The notes below the pieces were generated by a model, which searched no databases, was not told the DNA's origin, and saw nothing but the letters and a program-made list of their open reading frames with translations. 64,000 bases of DNA, taken from assembly GCA_017519885.1 (NCBI GenBank), contig JAFWRO010000012.1:133175-197174 (forward strand), given 5' to 3'. Each line of letters begins with the position of its first letter. Positions within the stretch are counted from its first letter, which is position 1. Made by a program: the position numbers and the translations under genes. Below are positions 19,878 through 29,927 of the stretch, piece by piece. The stretch comes from Bacteroidales bacterium (GTDB lineage: Bacteria > Bacteroidota > Bacteroidia > Bacteroidales > UBA3663).

Positions 19878-21032
19878 TTACAGGATCTTCTTGTAGAGGG
19901 CAACGATGTCGTCGCGGGTCACCTTGCGTGGATTGCCTGGAGTGCAAACGTCAGCGATGGCCTGATCAGCCAGTGCGTCGATATCCTTCTCGTAGATACC
20001 AATCTCGCTGAGATGCTGTGGAATACCCACTTCGATAGCCAATGCACGAACAGCATCGCATGCCGCCTGTGCAGCCTCGATCTGGGTCATACCCTTCTTG
20101 TAAGCGCCCATAGCCTTGGCGATCTCAACATACTTCTCGCGGCAAACAGGAGCATTGAACTCCATGACCGTAGGCAGAAGGATAGCGTTGGCTACGCCGT
20201 GAGGAATGTTGTGGAGCGAACCCATTGGGTGAGCCATACCGTGAACAACACCGAGACCTACGTTCGAGAATGCCATACCGGCAACGTACTGTGCGAGTGC
20301 CATGCCTTCGCGACCCTTAGGATTCTGTGGATCGAATACGGCGAGACGCAGGTACTTGTTGATGAGACGAATGGCCTCAATTTCGAACATATCGCTGAGT
20401 TCCCAGGCAGCCTTGGTGATATAGCCTTCGATAGCGTGTGTCAATGCATCGAGACCCGTAGCAGCGGTAGTAGCCTTGGGGAGAGAATACATCAGCTCGG
20501 CATCGACAATCGAGCAGCAGGGGATGTCATTAGGATCCACACAAACCATCTTCTTGTGATTCTCCTCGTCGATGATGACATAGTTGATGGTAGTCTCGGC
20601 AGCAGTACCTGCAGTCGTTGGGAAGCAGATTACGGGCACGCTCTTATGCTTGGTAGGAGCTACACCTTCGAGGCTGACAACGTCGCTGAACTCAGGATTG
20701 TTGGTAACAATACCAATTCCCTTGGCAGTATCCATCGAGGAGCCGCCACCGATGGCAACCATGAAGTCGGCCTTGGCGTCAGCAAATGCCTTCACGCCAT
20801 TCTTGACGTTGGTAACAGTTGGATTGGGCACTACATCCGAGTAGATCTCGTAGGGGATGCCAGCTTCGTCCATGACGTCAGTTACCATCTTGCATACGCC
20901 AAATTTTACCAAACCTTTGTCGGTTACGACAAGGGCTTTCTTGAAACCAAGACGTGCAACCACTGCGGGCAATTCCTTGCGAGCACCAGCTCCGAAGTAG
21001 CTAAGTTCATTAAGAATAAAACGGTTTACCAT
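19878..21032 (-). CDS. fucO: Lactaldehyde reductase / L-1,2-propanediol oxidoreductase (iron-containing alcohol dehydrogenase)
   Basis: The 384-aa ORF is colinear with E. coli FucO as I recall it. Shared segments include NRFILNE, VVPNPT, AIGGGSSMDT, TTAGTAAETTINYVI, ATGLDALTHAIEGYIT, GLGVVHGMAHP and PHGVANAILLP. Confidence 0.9.
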   Translation of the reverse strand: MVNRFILNELSYFGAGARKELPAVVARLGFKKALVVTDKGLVKFGVCKMVTDVMDEAGIPYEIYSDVVPNPTVTNVKNGVKAFADAKADFMVAIGGGSSMDTAKGIGIVTNNPEFSDVVSLEGVAPTKHKSVPVICFPTTAGTAAETTINYVIIDEENHKKMVCVDPNDIPCCSIVDAELMYSLPKATTAATGLDALTHAIEGYITKAAWELSDMFEIEAIRLINKYLRLAVFDPQNPKGREGMALAQYVAGMAFSNVGLGVVHGMAHPMGSLHNIPHGVANAILLPTVMEFNAPVCREKYVEIAKAMGAYKKGMTQIEAAQAACDAVRALAIEVGIPQHLSEIGIYEKDIDALADQAIADVCTPGNPRKVTRDDIVALYKKIL

Positions 21033-21093
21033 AATAGTTTGTTTTAAGATAGAAGGTTGAAAATAGGGGTTAGAACTCTAATTGATTATCTCG

Positions 21094-23292
21094 TTATAAG
21101 TTGTATTTCTCATAAAAGTCACGCTCGGAGATGATTTCGACACCTAGTTGACGCGCCTTGTCAAGCTTGTTCTGCCCTGGAGCATCGCCCGTCACCACAT
21201 AGTTGACCTTGCCGCTCACCGATCCCACATATTTGGCTCCGTGTCCGGTGAAGAATGCCTTGATCTCGTCGCGTTTGAAGCGATAACTGGTACCTGTGAA
21301 AATCACCGTCATGCCTTCAAGTGCATTGCCAAGTTTCTCTGCACTCTGATAGTCCTGCTGGAACTGATAATCGGGCGAACCGATGCAAGTATAGTCACTC
21401 AGATCGGCATCAAGGATGTTCCTGGCCATGATTTCGCCAATGCCATCGATAAGCAGCAATTCTTCGAACGTCGCAGCGCGGAACTTCGACCAGGAGCCGA
21501 AATGTTCGGCAAGGAGCTTGCCTGTGATCTTACCCACGCCATCGATGCCAAGACCTCCGATGATGCGGTCGAGGGTCAGTGTACTGATGCTTTGCGCAAT
21601 GCCATCGAACATCAGCGACACCGACTTCTCGGCATACCCCTCTCCCAACTGCTGCTGAATGTAGGTGCGGTAATTGGGACAGAAGACATCGGGTTCCCAC
21701 GTGCTCTCGTCCTTGACAAAGACACGATAAAGGTCATCGACCGAAGCGATGTCCAGTTTGTCATAGAGGTCAGCAAGGACGTTTGGTCCCAGGCCCTTGA
21801 TATTCGCGCAATCCTTGCCGCACCAATACTCCAGACGCTGGATGGCCTGTTCACGGCAATGATGATTCGGACAGATCCAATATTCGCCTTTCTTCACCAG
21901 CGCAGTCGCGCAACAGGGACACGTCTCGGGGAACTTGATGGCCTTGAGTTGTACCTCCTCGGCAGCATTGCGCAGGGCATCGATGCCGGTCACCTGCGGA
22001 ATCACCTCGCCCGCCTTTTGCACAAATACATACGAACCGATAGCCAGACGGAGGCTGCGGATATATGACTCGTTATTCAACGTGGCTCGTGCCACCACCG
22101 ATCCGGAAATGGTCGTTGGTTCAAGTTCGGCAACGGGTGTGATATGACCTGTCATGCCCACCTGGAAGGTCACGTCGCGTATTACCGTAGACTGTGCCTC
22201 CTGCGGGAACTTGCGCGCCTTGCACCAGTTGGGGAACGTCGTGTTCAGTCCCAGAAATTCCTGGTGCCGACGTTCGTTCACCTTGACAACGACGCCATCG
22301 CAATCGTAGGGCAACTTACGGCCGATACGTACCTTGTTGAAGGCATTGATGGCATCGGTAAGTTGCTTGAGGTCGCTGAAAGCCTGACGTCCAGGGGTCT
22401 TGTAATAGTCAAAGCCCAGCTTACCAAGCAGTTCGAGCGTTTTCTCCTGGCTGCTTAGCACATCGCGCTGGAAGGCCTCATCGGTCGAATAGGCTGCGTA
22501 GGCATTCACCACAAGTCCACGTTTGGCAGTAACCTTCGGGTCGAGTTGCTTCAGGGAGCCACTCGCAGCATTACGCTTATTGGCAAATGGACGTTCTCCG
22601 TTCTTCTCCTTCTCAGCATTGAGTCGATCGAAAGCACCTTGAGGCATCAGCACTTCGCCTCTCACCTCGAAGTAGGATGGCAATTGGAGTTGATCTGCTG
22701 TTTCGGAACTTTCTTTGGCAAACAGGTCGTCGAACAACGAGGGTTCCTTCGAAACAGCCTTCAATGCTGTCTTCGTGCCACCTTCGACCATCAGTTTCAA
22801 AGGCACGTTTCGAATGGTGCGCACGTTGGCGATCACCGATTCGCCCTCGATCTGATTGCCGCGCGTCACAGCATCGACGAGTTCGCCTTCGCGATAGACG
22901 AGCGAGATGGATAGGCCGTCATACTTCGGCTCATAAGTGAACGAAATTTCGTCATTAGGAAAGGCTGCCTTCAACTTCTGGCTGGTCGAAAGTAACCATT
23001 CCTGCAGTTCCTCGTCACTATACACATTCTCGATGCTCTGCATAGGGATGACGTGACGATGCTTCTCGAAGGCGCCTTGAATGTCAGAGCCGACACGTTG
23101 CGTCGGACTGTCGGGCAAGACTATGCCCGAAGCCGCCTCCAAAGCCTGCAACTGCTTGAATTCCATGTCGAACTCAAAGTCTGTCATCGGTGGGTCATTC
23201 TCTATATAATATTTATAGGAAGCCCACGCCAATGCTGCGGTCAAGCTGGCTTGATCGTTGATGTCGCGCTTGTTGAATTCCTCAAGTGTCAT
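21094..23292 (-). CDS. ligA: NAD+-dependent DNA ligase (LigA family), divergent and longer than usual
   Basis: Features seen: DSPTQRVG, the adenylation motif EPKYDGLSISL, a Zn finger (CPCCATALVKKGEYWICPNHHC), HhH repeats and a C-terminal BRCT (IFTGTS...GAKYVGSVSGKVNYVV). Confidence 0.85.
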   Translation of the reverse strand: MTLEEFNKRDINDQASLTAALAWASYKYYIENDPPMTDFEFDMEFKQLQALEAASGIVLPDSPTQRVGSDIQGAFEKHRHVIPMQSIENVYSDEELQEWLLSTSQKLKAAFPNDEISFTYEPKYDGLSISLVYREGELVDAVTRGNQIEGESVIANVRTIRNVPLKLMVEGGTKTALKAVSKEPSLFDDLFAKESSETADQLQLPSYFEVRGEVLMPQGAFDRLNAEKEKNGERPFANKRNAASGSLKQLDPKVTAKRGLVVNAYAAYSTDEAFQRDVLSSQEKTLELLGKLGFDYYKTPGRQAFSDLKQLTDAINAFNKVRIGRKLPYDCDGVVVKVNERRHQEFLGLNTTFPNWCKARKFPQEAQSTVIRDVTFQVGMTGHITPVAELEPTTISGSVVARATLNNESYIRSLRLAIGSYVFVQKAGEVIPQVTGIDALRNAAEEVQLKAIKFPETCPCCATALVKKGEYWICPNHHCREQAIQRLEYWCGKDCANIKGLGPNVLADLYDKLDIASVDDLYRVFVKDESTWEPDVFCPNYRTYIQQQLGEGYAEKSVSLMFDGIAQSISTLTLDRIIGGLGIDGVGKITGKLLAEHFGSWSKFRAATFEELLLIDGIGEIMARNILDADLSDYTCIGSPDYQFQQDYQSAEKLGNALEGMTVIFTGTSYRFKRDEIKAFFTGHGAKYVGSVSGKVNYVVTGDAPGQNKLDKARQLGVEIISERDFYEKYNL

Positions 23293-23304
23293 CGGAGGGT
23301 AGTC

Positions 23305-23943
23305 TTATAGGTAGTCAATCTTGATGACAATCTTACGCGGAGTGCAAGGCTGCTTGCCGATGCCTGTCGCCTGATGTATATCGTCGGGGAAGAACAGATA
23401 GAAATGCTTGGGGTCAGAGTCAATGACAAGGCACTCGTTGGCTGCCGGTATCTTCTTTTTGTCCCAACCGAAGTTCTGCACATCCTTCTTCTCGTTGTAT
23501 TCGTTGCGCGGAACGAGACATTCGGGCGAATGGGTCATATGGTAACGCTCTGAACCTGTCACATCCCATTGCAGGTCAATGGTACGACGATGCTGTTCCC
23601 ACTGGCAATTCTCAGGAGTACGCAGTGCCTGATTGAGCACCTTCACGTAAGCGTGGCTCCATTGCATGGCATTATTGCTGGGTTCCATCTTCACAGGATC
23701 GACGCTGGCAAGCCATGCAAAAATCGAATCCCACATGGCGGGAGCCTTCTGATACTGCTCGTAGAACGTCTGCACATTGATGTGATCGTAGGGTTTCACC
23801 TTGAAACCATTCTTCCACTTGCCTTTTTTGAACCATGCCATGGCCTCGGCAGTTGCCGTAGGTTTAGCGAATGACGCCTCCTGTGCCATAGTTACACAAA
23901 GACAAGATAAGGAAAGAACCAGAATGAGGAAGATCTTTTTCAT
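23305..23943 (-). CDS. YhcH/YjgK/YiaL (DUF386) family protein with N-terminal signal peptide
   Basis: The C-terminal pattern HRRTIDLQ...GSE...FYLFFPDDIHQ...PRKIVIKI parallels E. coli YhcH (FAVFMPGEPHKP..IKKVVVKV). Confidence 0.65.
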   Translation of the reverse strand: MKKIFLILVLSLSCLCVTMAQEASFAKPTATAEAMAWFKKGKWKNGFKVKPYDHINVQTFYEQYQKAPAMWDSIFAWLASVDPVKMEPSNNAMQWSHAYVKVLNQALRTPENCQWEQHRRTIDLQWDVTGSERYHMTHSPECLVPRNEYNEKKDVQNFGWDKKKIPAANECLVIDSDPKHFYLFFPDDIHQATGIGKQPCTPRKIVIKIDYL

Positions 23944-24100
23944 CGTACAAAATTGGGTTATAGATAATTTTTCGGAGCAAAGATAAGGAATTTTATTTAA
24001 AGTTGTATCGGCAAACGTAAAAAAAATGTTCGATTTTTTGTTTTGTTAGGAAAAACCTATTATCTTTGCAGCGAAAAACCAACAAAAAACACTACACAGA

Positions 24101-24517
24101 ATGATCATCAAGCAAGTCAGCGTCAGCATCGAGGACCGTGTCGGTTCCAGCTGGCAGGTTTTCCAGTCTTTGGCCGACAACCGCATCAACATCCTTTCGT
24201 ATAGCATCGAAGACACTCCGCCCCAAGGCACCCTGCGACTCATCGTCGACGATGCGACCAAGGCCGACGAGGTGCTGCGCAATGTCGGCTTCCGCACACA
24301 GCTTACCAACGTGTATTCGATGAATGTCCCCAACCACATCGGATCGATGAGTCGTGTGCTCAAATACCTGACCGAAAAAGAGGTCTCGATTGACTTCATG
24401 TATGTCTTCCAGTACATGGGAATTTCGCAGACTGTTCTGCATTCGCGCAATATGAAGCAGCTTGAGCAAGTGCTCACCAGATATGAACAAGAGCAGCTCA
24501 ACTTGACATCCAAATAA
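24101..24517 (+). CDS. ACT-domain (amino-acid-binding) protein
   Basis: The 138-aa ORF contains two ACT-like beta-alpha-beta-beta-alpha-beta units (VSVSIEDRVGSSWQVFQSLADNRINI; MNVPNHIGSMSRVLKYLTEKEVSI). A TAtcTTTG box lies at ~24060. Confidence 0.65.
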   Translation: MIIKQVSVSIEDRVGSSWQVFQSLADNRINILSYSIEDTPPQGTLRLIVDDATKADEVLRNVGFRTQLTNVYSMNVPNHIGSMSRVLKYLTEKEVSIDFMYVFQYMGISQTVLHSRNMKQLEQVLTRYEQEQLNLTSK

Positions 24518-24698
24518 ATCAACTGTATGGGCTTCATAGGAGGATTTTAGGATTTTTTAATACGATATTTTTGCCTATTAGTCGAAAAATGATTATATTT
24601 GCGCCGACTAATTACACACATTCCCCTTTCTTTTGTTGGGGAAGTTGCTAAATTAAAATCATTTACTGTAAACCATATAAATAAAATTAATATCCGCT

Positions 24699-25010
24699 AT
24701 GAACAAAATTTACAGTGACCCTATCGAGAAGGCACAACTTCTCATCGAGGGACTTAAGAAAAATCGTTCCTATCTTGAAACCAAGGGCTACGACCTTTCT
24801 ATCATCGAGCGTCTGGAAAAAGCCTGTGAGGAAATGACCCGCGAAGGAGAGGCAGTTGCCATCGAAGAGGAGGCTCTCTCGAAGCATCGCGTAAGATGCC
24901 ACACCATCCTCAGTGGTCTGAAGCGTGATCTATACGCCGGCAAGAATGGCATCAAGACGATGTTCGACCAAGAGCAGTGGAATCAGTACGGCGTGCCCGA
25001 CAAGCGCTGA
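24699..25010 (+). CDS. Hypothetical protein (103 aa, helical)
   Basis: This is the only sizeable ORF in the gap. A TAtaTTTG box lies ~95 nt upstream. No motif was recognised. Confidence 0.45.
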   Translation: MNKIYSDPIEKAQLLIEGLKKNRSYLETKGYDLSIIERLEKACEEMTREGEAVAIEEEALSKHRVRCHTILSGLKRDLYAGKNGIKTMFDQEQWNQYGVPDKR

Positions 25011-25054
25011 TCTCGATTGGATTTTGGCAATAGATAGGACAAAACACCAGCACG

Positions 25055-27031
25055 ATGAATAGATTGTCCATCTTTATTGCAACACTTATCCTCAACCTAA
25101 CCTTCTCGAAAGGCTGGGCTGAGGATTTTCATATCTACGTATCGCCTCTCGGCAACGATACGTGCCAGGGGACCGTCCTCTCGCCTGTCGCATCCTACCA
25201 GCAGGCCTTGCGCCTGGCTCGTGAGAAGCGACGCGCGGGTTGGAACGAAGGTGCCATCATCATTGACTACCCCGACACGCCCGCACGCTTTCTCCTCACC
25301 GAGCCCATCCGCATCCGTCCCGAGGACAGCGGCACGCCCGAAGCGCCTCTCGTCATCACCGGCAATTCGTCGATCGAAGGAAGCGAACTGAGTGGCGGTA
25401 TGCCCATCACCCGATGGAAACGACAGGGCAAACTGCTTGTCGCCGATGTCCCCGAATGGAATGGCTACCCCATCGACTTCCGCCAGTTCTACAGCCCCAT
25501 CAAGGCGGTGCGTGCCCAGGATGTTCCCGTTGGCGGTGATTCCGAACAGGACGAGTACGAGCAAATGTCACGCATCCTGAGCCTTGACAAGACTCGACGC
25601 ATTCTCTATGTCCCCGCCACGCCAGCCATCCGTAAGATTGCTCGTCAGGGCGTTGGACATACCGAGATGGTGTTGCACACGATGTGGTGCACCAATAACC
25701 TGCGCATCAAGACAATCGCGATCCAAGGCGACTCGGCTGCCATCCGATTTCACGAACCCGAGGCAGATGTCTTTTGGGAACATCCCTGGCCTCTTCCATT
25801 CACCGGCCAACATGCCTCGCCCTTCTATCTCACCAATCACATTGCCCTCTTGGATGAACCGGGCGAATGGTTTCACGACATCGGTTCGCACAAGCTGTAC
25901 TATTATCCTCGCAATGCCGAAGAGGCAGACTGGATGCTGCACCCGGATTCGAACCGAGAACTAATCCCCTATGTGCCCGCTCTCGAGAATATCCTCATCA
26001 TCGAAGGCACGCCCGAACGTCCCGTTCACGATGTCGTGATTCGTCAGCTCGCCTTCTCTGGCACCACTTGGATGCGTCCGTCCACCCACGGTCACGTGCC
26101 GCTCCAGGCAGGTATGTACCTCATCGAAGGTTACAAGTTGCGACCCTCCATCGTTCGCCCCGACCGCAATCACAAGCTCGACAACCAGGCTTTCTGTGGT
26201 CGTCCTGCGGCAGCAGTCCGTGTTCACAATGCCCAGCGCATCACCTTCGACCAATGCTCGTTCTCACAGACCGCTTCCACTAGTCTCGACTTCGAGGAAG
26301 GCACCTTGGACTGCATCGTCGCCAATTGCACCTTTTTAAATATAGGTGGAGCAGCCATTGTGGCGGGTTCTTTCAGCCCCGAGTCTTTCGAAGGACATCT
26401 ACCCTATTCGCCCCAAGACCCTCGACAACTCTGCCGTGGGCTCATCGTTGCCAACAACTGGATAGAGAACACTGGACTTGAAGATTGGGGCACTCCTGCC
26501 ATTTCTGCCGGATGGGTCACCGATGCGCTGATTGCCTACAACACCATCCGCAACGTACCTTACACGGGCATCTCGTTGGGCTGGGGATGGACGCAGTCGG
26601 TCAACTGTATGAGTGGCAACGAGGTCTATCGTAATCGCATCACCCGCTATGCGCGCCATATGTACGACGTGGCAGGCATCTACACCCTCAGTGCCCAGCC
26701 CAAGACCTACATCACCGAGAATGTCATCGACAGCATCTGCAACCCCTCCTACGTCCACGACCCGAACCATTGGTTCTACCTCTACACCGACGAAGGATCC
26801 TCGTTCATCACCGTGCAGGACAACTGGTGCCCTGCCGAGAAGTTCCTGCAGAACGCCAATGGTCCCGGCAACACCTGGCAAAACAATGGTCCCACGGTGG
26901 CAGACTCCATCCTCCACAATGCTGGCTGTAAACATCGACTATGGGAGGACTCAGACCCCATCCCCTCAATGAGCCTCGACGACATCAAACGTATCCGTCC
27001 CCTCCTCCAAACGCGCAAGCCCAAAAAATAA
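25055..27031 (+). CDS. Right-handed parallel beta-helix (pectin-lyase-fold) protein, probable glycan-active enzyme
   Basis: A signal peptide is followed by the typical FHIYVSPLGNDTCQGT N-cap and repeated beta-helix turns (NCTFLNIGGAAI, IANNWIENTG, YNTIRNVPYTGIS). Confidence 0.6.
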   Translation: MNRLSIFIATLILNLTFSKGWAEDFHIYVSPLGNDTCQGTVLSPVASYQQALRLAREKRRAGWNEGAIIIDYPDTPARFLLTEPIRIRPEDSGTPEAPLVITGNSSIEGSELSGGMPITRWKRQGKLLVADVPEWNGYPIDFRQFYSPIKAVRAQDVPVGGDSEQDEYEQMSRILSLDKTRRILYVPATPAIRKIARQGVGHTEMVLHTMWCTNNLRIKTIAIQGDSAAIRFHEPEADVFWEHPWPLPFTGQHASPFYLTNHIALLDEPGEWFHDIGSHKLYYYPRNAEEADWMLHPDSNRELIPYVPALENILIIEGTPERPVHDVVIRQLAFSGTTWMRPSTHGHVPLQAGMYLIEGYKLRPSIVRPDRNHKLDNQAFCGRPAAAVRVHNAQRITFDQCSFSQTASTSLDFEEGTLDCIVANCTFLNIGGAAIVAGSFSPESFEGHLPYSPQDPRQLCRGLIVANNWIENTGLEDWGTPAISAGWVTDALIAYNTIRNVPYTGISLGWGWTQSVNCMSGNEVYRNRITRYARHMYDVAGIYTLSAQPKTYITENVIDSICNPSYVHDPNHWFYLYTDEGSSFITVQDNWCPAEKFLQNANGPGNTWQNNGPTVADSILHNAGCKHRLWEDSDPIPSMSLDDIKRIRPLLQTRKPKK

Positions 27032-27056
27032 CCTTTCGAACCCAGACTCCCTCTAA

Positions 27057-27118
27057 TCCCCCTGCTTAGGGGGAAGAACCAAACCCCGACAAGCAAGTCC
27101 TCCCCCTAAGCAGGGGGA
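27057..27118. repeat. Pair of 18-bp perfect inverted repeats; each arm is itself a 6-bp hairpin
   Basis: TCCCCCTGCTTAGGGGGA at 27057-27074 and TCCCCCTAAGCAGGGGGA at 27101-27118 are exact reverse complements, separated by 26 nt. They lie between the beta-helix gene and the GH78-like gene. Confidence 0.8.
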
Positions 27119-27148
27119 CCGAGGGGGTCTCCTCAAACCCCATTTCCC

Positions 27149-29248
27149 ATGACCTGGCTTTGGTACCCCGCCGACTTCGAAATCTGGCTCGGCAATCGCT
27201 TCAACAACCGGCGCACCGAACGCGGTGCGATGTTCCCACCCTTCTGGAAACAGGATAGCCATTGGGCTACTGTCGAATTCAGTCGCGAATATGAATTGGC
27301 AAAGCCCGAAACCATCCGCATCTATGTGGAGGGCCGCTACAACTTCATGTTCGATGGCAAGCTGCAGTTCGGCGAACCCACCGAATGGTTGGTCCCCGCA
27401 GGCCGTCACAAGATCAACATCAAGGTCCACAATCCCGCCACGCCTCCTGCCCTCTTCATCGAGGGAGAAACTATCCAATCCGACTCCTCCTGGCGCGTCA
27501 CCCATGAGGACAAGATCTGGATTGACGAAAACGGTGTCGCACATGGTTCGGGCATCTACCTCGTCCCAGGGTTCTGGAATTTCAATACGCCCTCAGATCG
27601 TCCTTCCCTCTTCCGTCTTGCACGCGAGGAATGGAAAGCAGTATCCACGCGCGTCCTATCGGGCACATCTTCCGACGAACCTTCGAACGGGATAGCCACA
27701 ACCCTACTCGTCGATTTCGGCAAGGAGACCATGGGTTACATCGTCCTCAACGGCATCCAGGGCCACGGCATCGTCGAACTCTATTACGGCGAAAGCGAAG
27801 CTGAAGCACTCGACAAGGAATATTGCGAGACGCTCGACAAGCTTGAGGTCGAGACGTGTCCGCGCTTCGTAGTCCCCGAGTCGAAAGCCTTCCGCTTCGT
27901 GCAGGTCGTGCTTCCCGAGGGGATGACAGTCGAAAGTGTCAGCATGGAGTACGAATATCTGCCGCAGGACCTCACGCGCAGCGGTTCGTTCGAATGTTCC
28001 GACGACGAACTCAACCGCATCTGGCAAGTAGGGGCTTACACGATGGACCTCACCACACGTGAATTTATGATGGACGGCATCAAGCGCGACCGCTGGACTT
28101 GGTCAGGTGATGCCATTCAGTCCTATCTGATGAACTATTACCTGCGCTTCGACAGCGACACGGTGAAGCGCACCATCCGTCAGTTGCGCGGCAAAGATCC
28201 CGTCTCGTCCCACATCAACACCATCCTCGACTATACCTTCTACTGGTTCAAGTCAGTCTATGACTATTATCAATACACAGGTGACCGCGACTTCGTCTGC
28301 GAGATGTATCCGCGCATGCTCACCCTTATGGACTACTGCCTGGGCCGCCTCTCTGAGGGTTGGGCCATCGGTCAGCCCGACGATTGGGTCTTCATCGACT
28401 GGGTCGATTTCCCGATGCACAAGCGCGGCATCGTCTGCTTCGAGCAGATCCTTTTCTGCAAGAGCCTCGAAACGATGCAGCTCTGCAAGGACCTTGTTGG
28501 CCCGCTCTCTGACTTGCAGATGAGCAACCTGCACCTCACCTATCCCAATGTGGACTATGGAGCCAAAGCGGCCGAACTCCGCTCGAAAATCGACAAGACC
28601 TTCTGGAGCCCTTCCGCCCATGCCTATCTCCATGCCCTCGAACCCGACCTCAACCCTCAGGTCAACAAGTTCGCCAGCATGTTCGCCATCCTCTATGGTT
28701 ATGCCGACGAGCAGCGCCAGCACGAGATCCTACAGTATGTGATGCAGAACCCCGAAGTGCCTGCCATCACCACACCCTACATGCGCTTCTACGAACTCGC
28801 CGCACTCTGCCAACTCGGTCAGCACGACGATGTCCTCTCCGAAATCAAGGCCTACTGGGGCGGCATGTTGCACGAAGGGGCTACGACGTTCTGGGAGAAG
28901 TACAATCCCGAAATGAAGGGTGACGAACACCTCACGATGTATGGTCGTCCCTATGGCAAGTCGCTCTGCCATGCTTGGGGAGCCAGCCCCGTCTATCTGC
29001 TCGGCCGTTATTTCCTCGGCATCGAGCCGACTTCTCCTGGTTATACCACATGGCAGGCAAAACCTCATCTATCCAACCTCGACTGGATGCGCGGAGCTGT
29101 GCCCACGCCTTTCGGTCCCATCCGTATCGAACTCTCTAAGCACAAAGTTACCCTAACCACCCCTCTCGGCATTGGCACCGGCTCGCTCTTCATCGATGGA
29201 AAGACTTTCGCCATTCTTCCAGCACAAACCATTGTAATCGACTATTGA
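27149..29248 (+). CDS. GH78-like alpha-L-rhamnosidase-family six-hairpin glycosidase (no signal peptide)
   Basis: DGIKRDRWTWSGD matches the DCPxRDERxGWxGD entry motif of the GH78 catalytic domain. The (alpha/alpha)6 C-terminal region contains LCHAWGASPVYLL. Confidence 0.6.
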   Translation: MTWLWYPADFEIWLGNRFNNRRTERGAMFPPFWKQDSHWATVEFSREYELAKPETIRIYVEGRYNFMFDGKLQFGEPTEWLVPAGRHKINIKVHNPATPPALFIEGETIQSDSSWRVTHEDKIWIDENGVAHGSGIYLVPGFWNFNTPSDRPSLFRLAREEWKAVSTRVLSGTSSDEPSNGIATTLLVDFGKETMGYIVLNGIQGHGIVELYYGESEAEALDKEYCETLDKLEVETCPRFVVPESKAFRFVQVVLPEGMTVESVSMEYEYLPQDLTRSGSFECSDDELNRIWQVGAYTMDLTTREFMMDGIKRDRWTWSGDAIQSYLMNYYLRFDSDTVKRTIRQLRGKDPVSSHINTILDYTFYWFKSVYDYYQYTGDRDFVCEMYPRMLTLMDYCLGRLSEGWAIGQPDDWVFIDWVDFPMHKRGIVCFEQILFCKSLETMQLCKDLVGPLSDLQMSNLHLTYPNVDYGAKAAELRSKIDKTFWSPSAHAYLHALEPDLNPQVNKFASMFAILYGYADEQRQHEILQYVMQNPEVPAITTPYMRFYELAALCQLGQHDDVLSEIKAYWGGMLHEGATTFWEKYNPEMKGDEHLTMYGRPYGKSLCHAWGASPVYLLGRYFLGIEPTSPGYTTWQAKPHLSNLDWMRGAVPTPFGPIRIELSKHKVTLTTPLGIGTGSLFIDGKTFAILPAQTIVIDY

Positions 29249-29285
29249 TATTTTGAGTGAAGAGACTCTAACAAAACGACAAGCT

Positions 29286-29918
29286 ATGAATCAAACGAAT
29301 CGGCTCCACCTCTTGCTACTGTCCTTTGTCGTCATAGTCTTCATATGGTCAGCAATCAATGTGCAGGACACCTATCTCACCTGGGCGCTTGAAGCTGCGC
29401 CTGTCATAATCGCACTACCTATCCTCCTCTTCACCTATAAGAAGTTTAAATTCCCCACTTCTATTTATGTCATTATCACCATTCACATGGCGCTTTTGCT
29501 TGTCGGTGCACATTATTCTTATGCTAAAGTACCCCTTGGTGAATGGATGAAGGATTGGTTCGGCTTCGAACGCAACAACTATGATAAGATAGGACATTTC
29601 ATGCAAGGATTCACGCCCGCCCTTGTTTCGGTGGAGATTATTCGTCGCTGCAACCCGCTTACATCTTTCAAGTGGATAAGTTTCTTCTCGTTCTGCATCT
29701 CAATGACCGTTGCAGCCCTCTACGAAATCATTGAATGGCTCTCGTCTTTGGGCAATCCGGAAGACACCGAAGCTTTCCTGGGTACACAAGGATACATCTG
29801 GGATACACAGTCGGATATGTTCATGTGTCTTTGCGGAGCAGTCATCGCCATTCTCCTATTAAGGACCATCCATCCGTGGTCATCGAAAACTCAAACAAGA
29901 GAAGGACGTCAGCCGTGA
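29286..29918 (+). CDS. DUF2238 (YjdF-like) inner-membrane protein
   Basis: The track start at 29253 is a TTG, so the first ATG at 29286 is used. The protein has multiple TM helices and the FERNNYDKIGHFMQGF motif typical of DUF2238. Confidence 0.65.
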   Translation: MNQTNRLHLLLLSFVVIVFIWSAINVQDTYLTWALEAAPVIIALPILLFTYKKFKFPTSIYVIITIHMALLLVGAHYSYAKVPLGEWMKDWFGFERNNYDKIGHFMQGFTPALVSVEIIRRCNPLTSFKWISFFSFCISMTVAALYEIIEWLSSLGNPEDTEAFLGTQGYIWDTQSDMFMCLCGAVIAILLLRTIHPWSSKTQTREGRQP

Positions 29919-29927
29919 CATCCTGCC

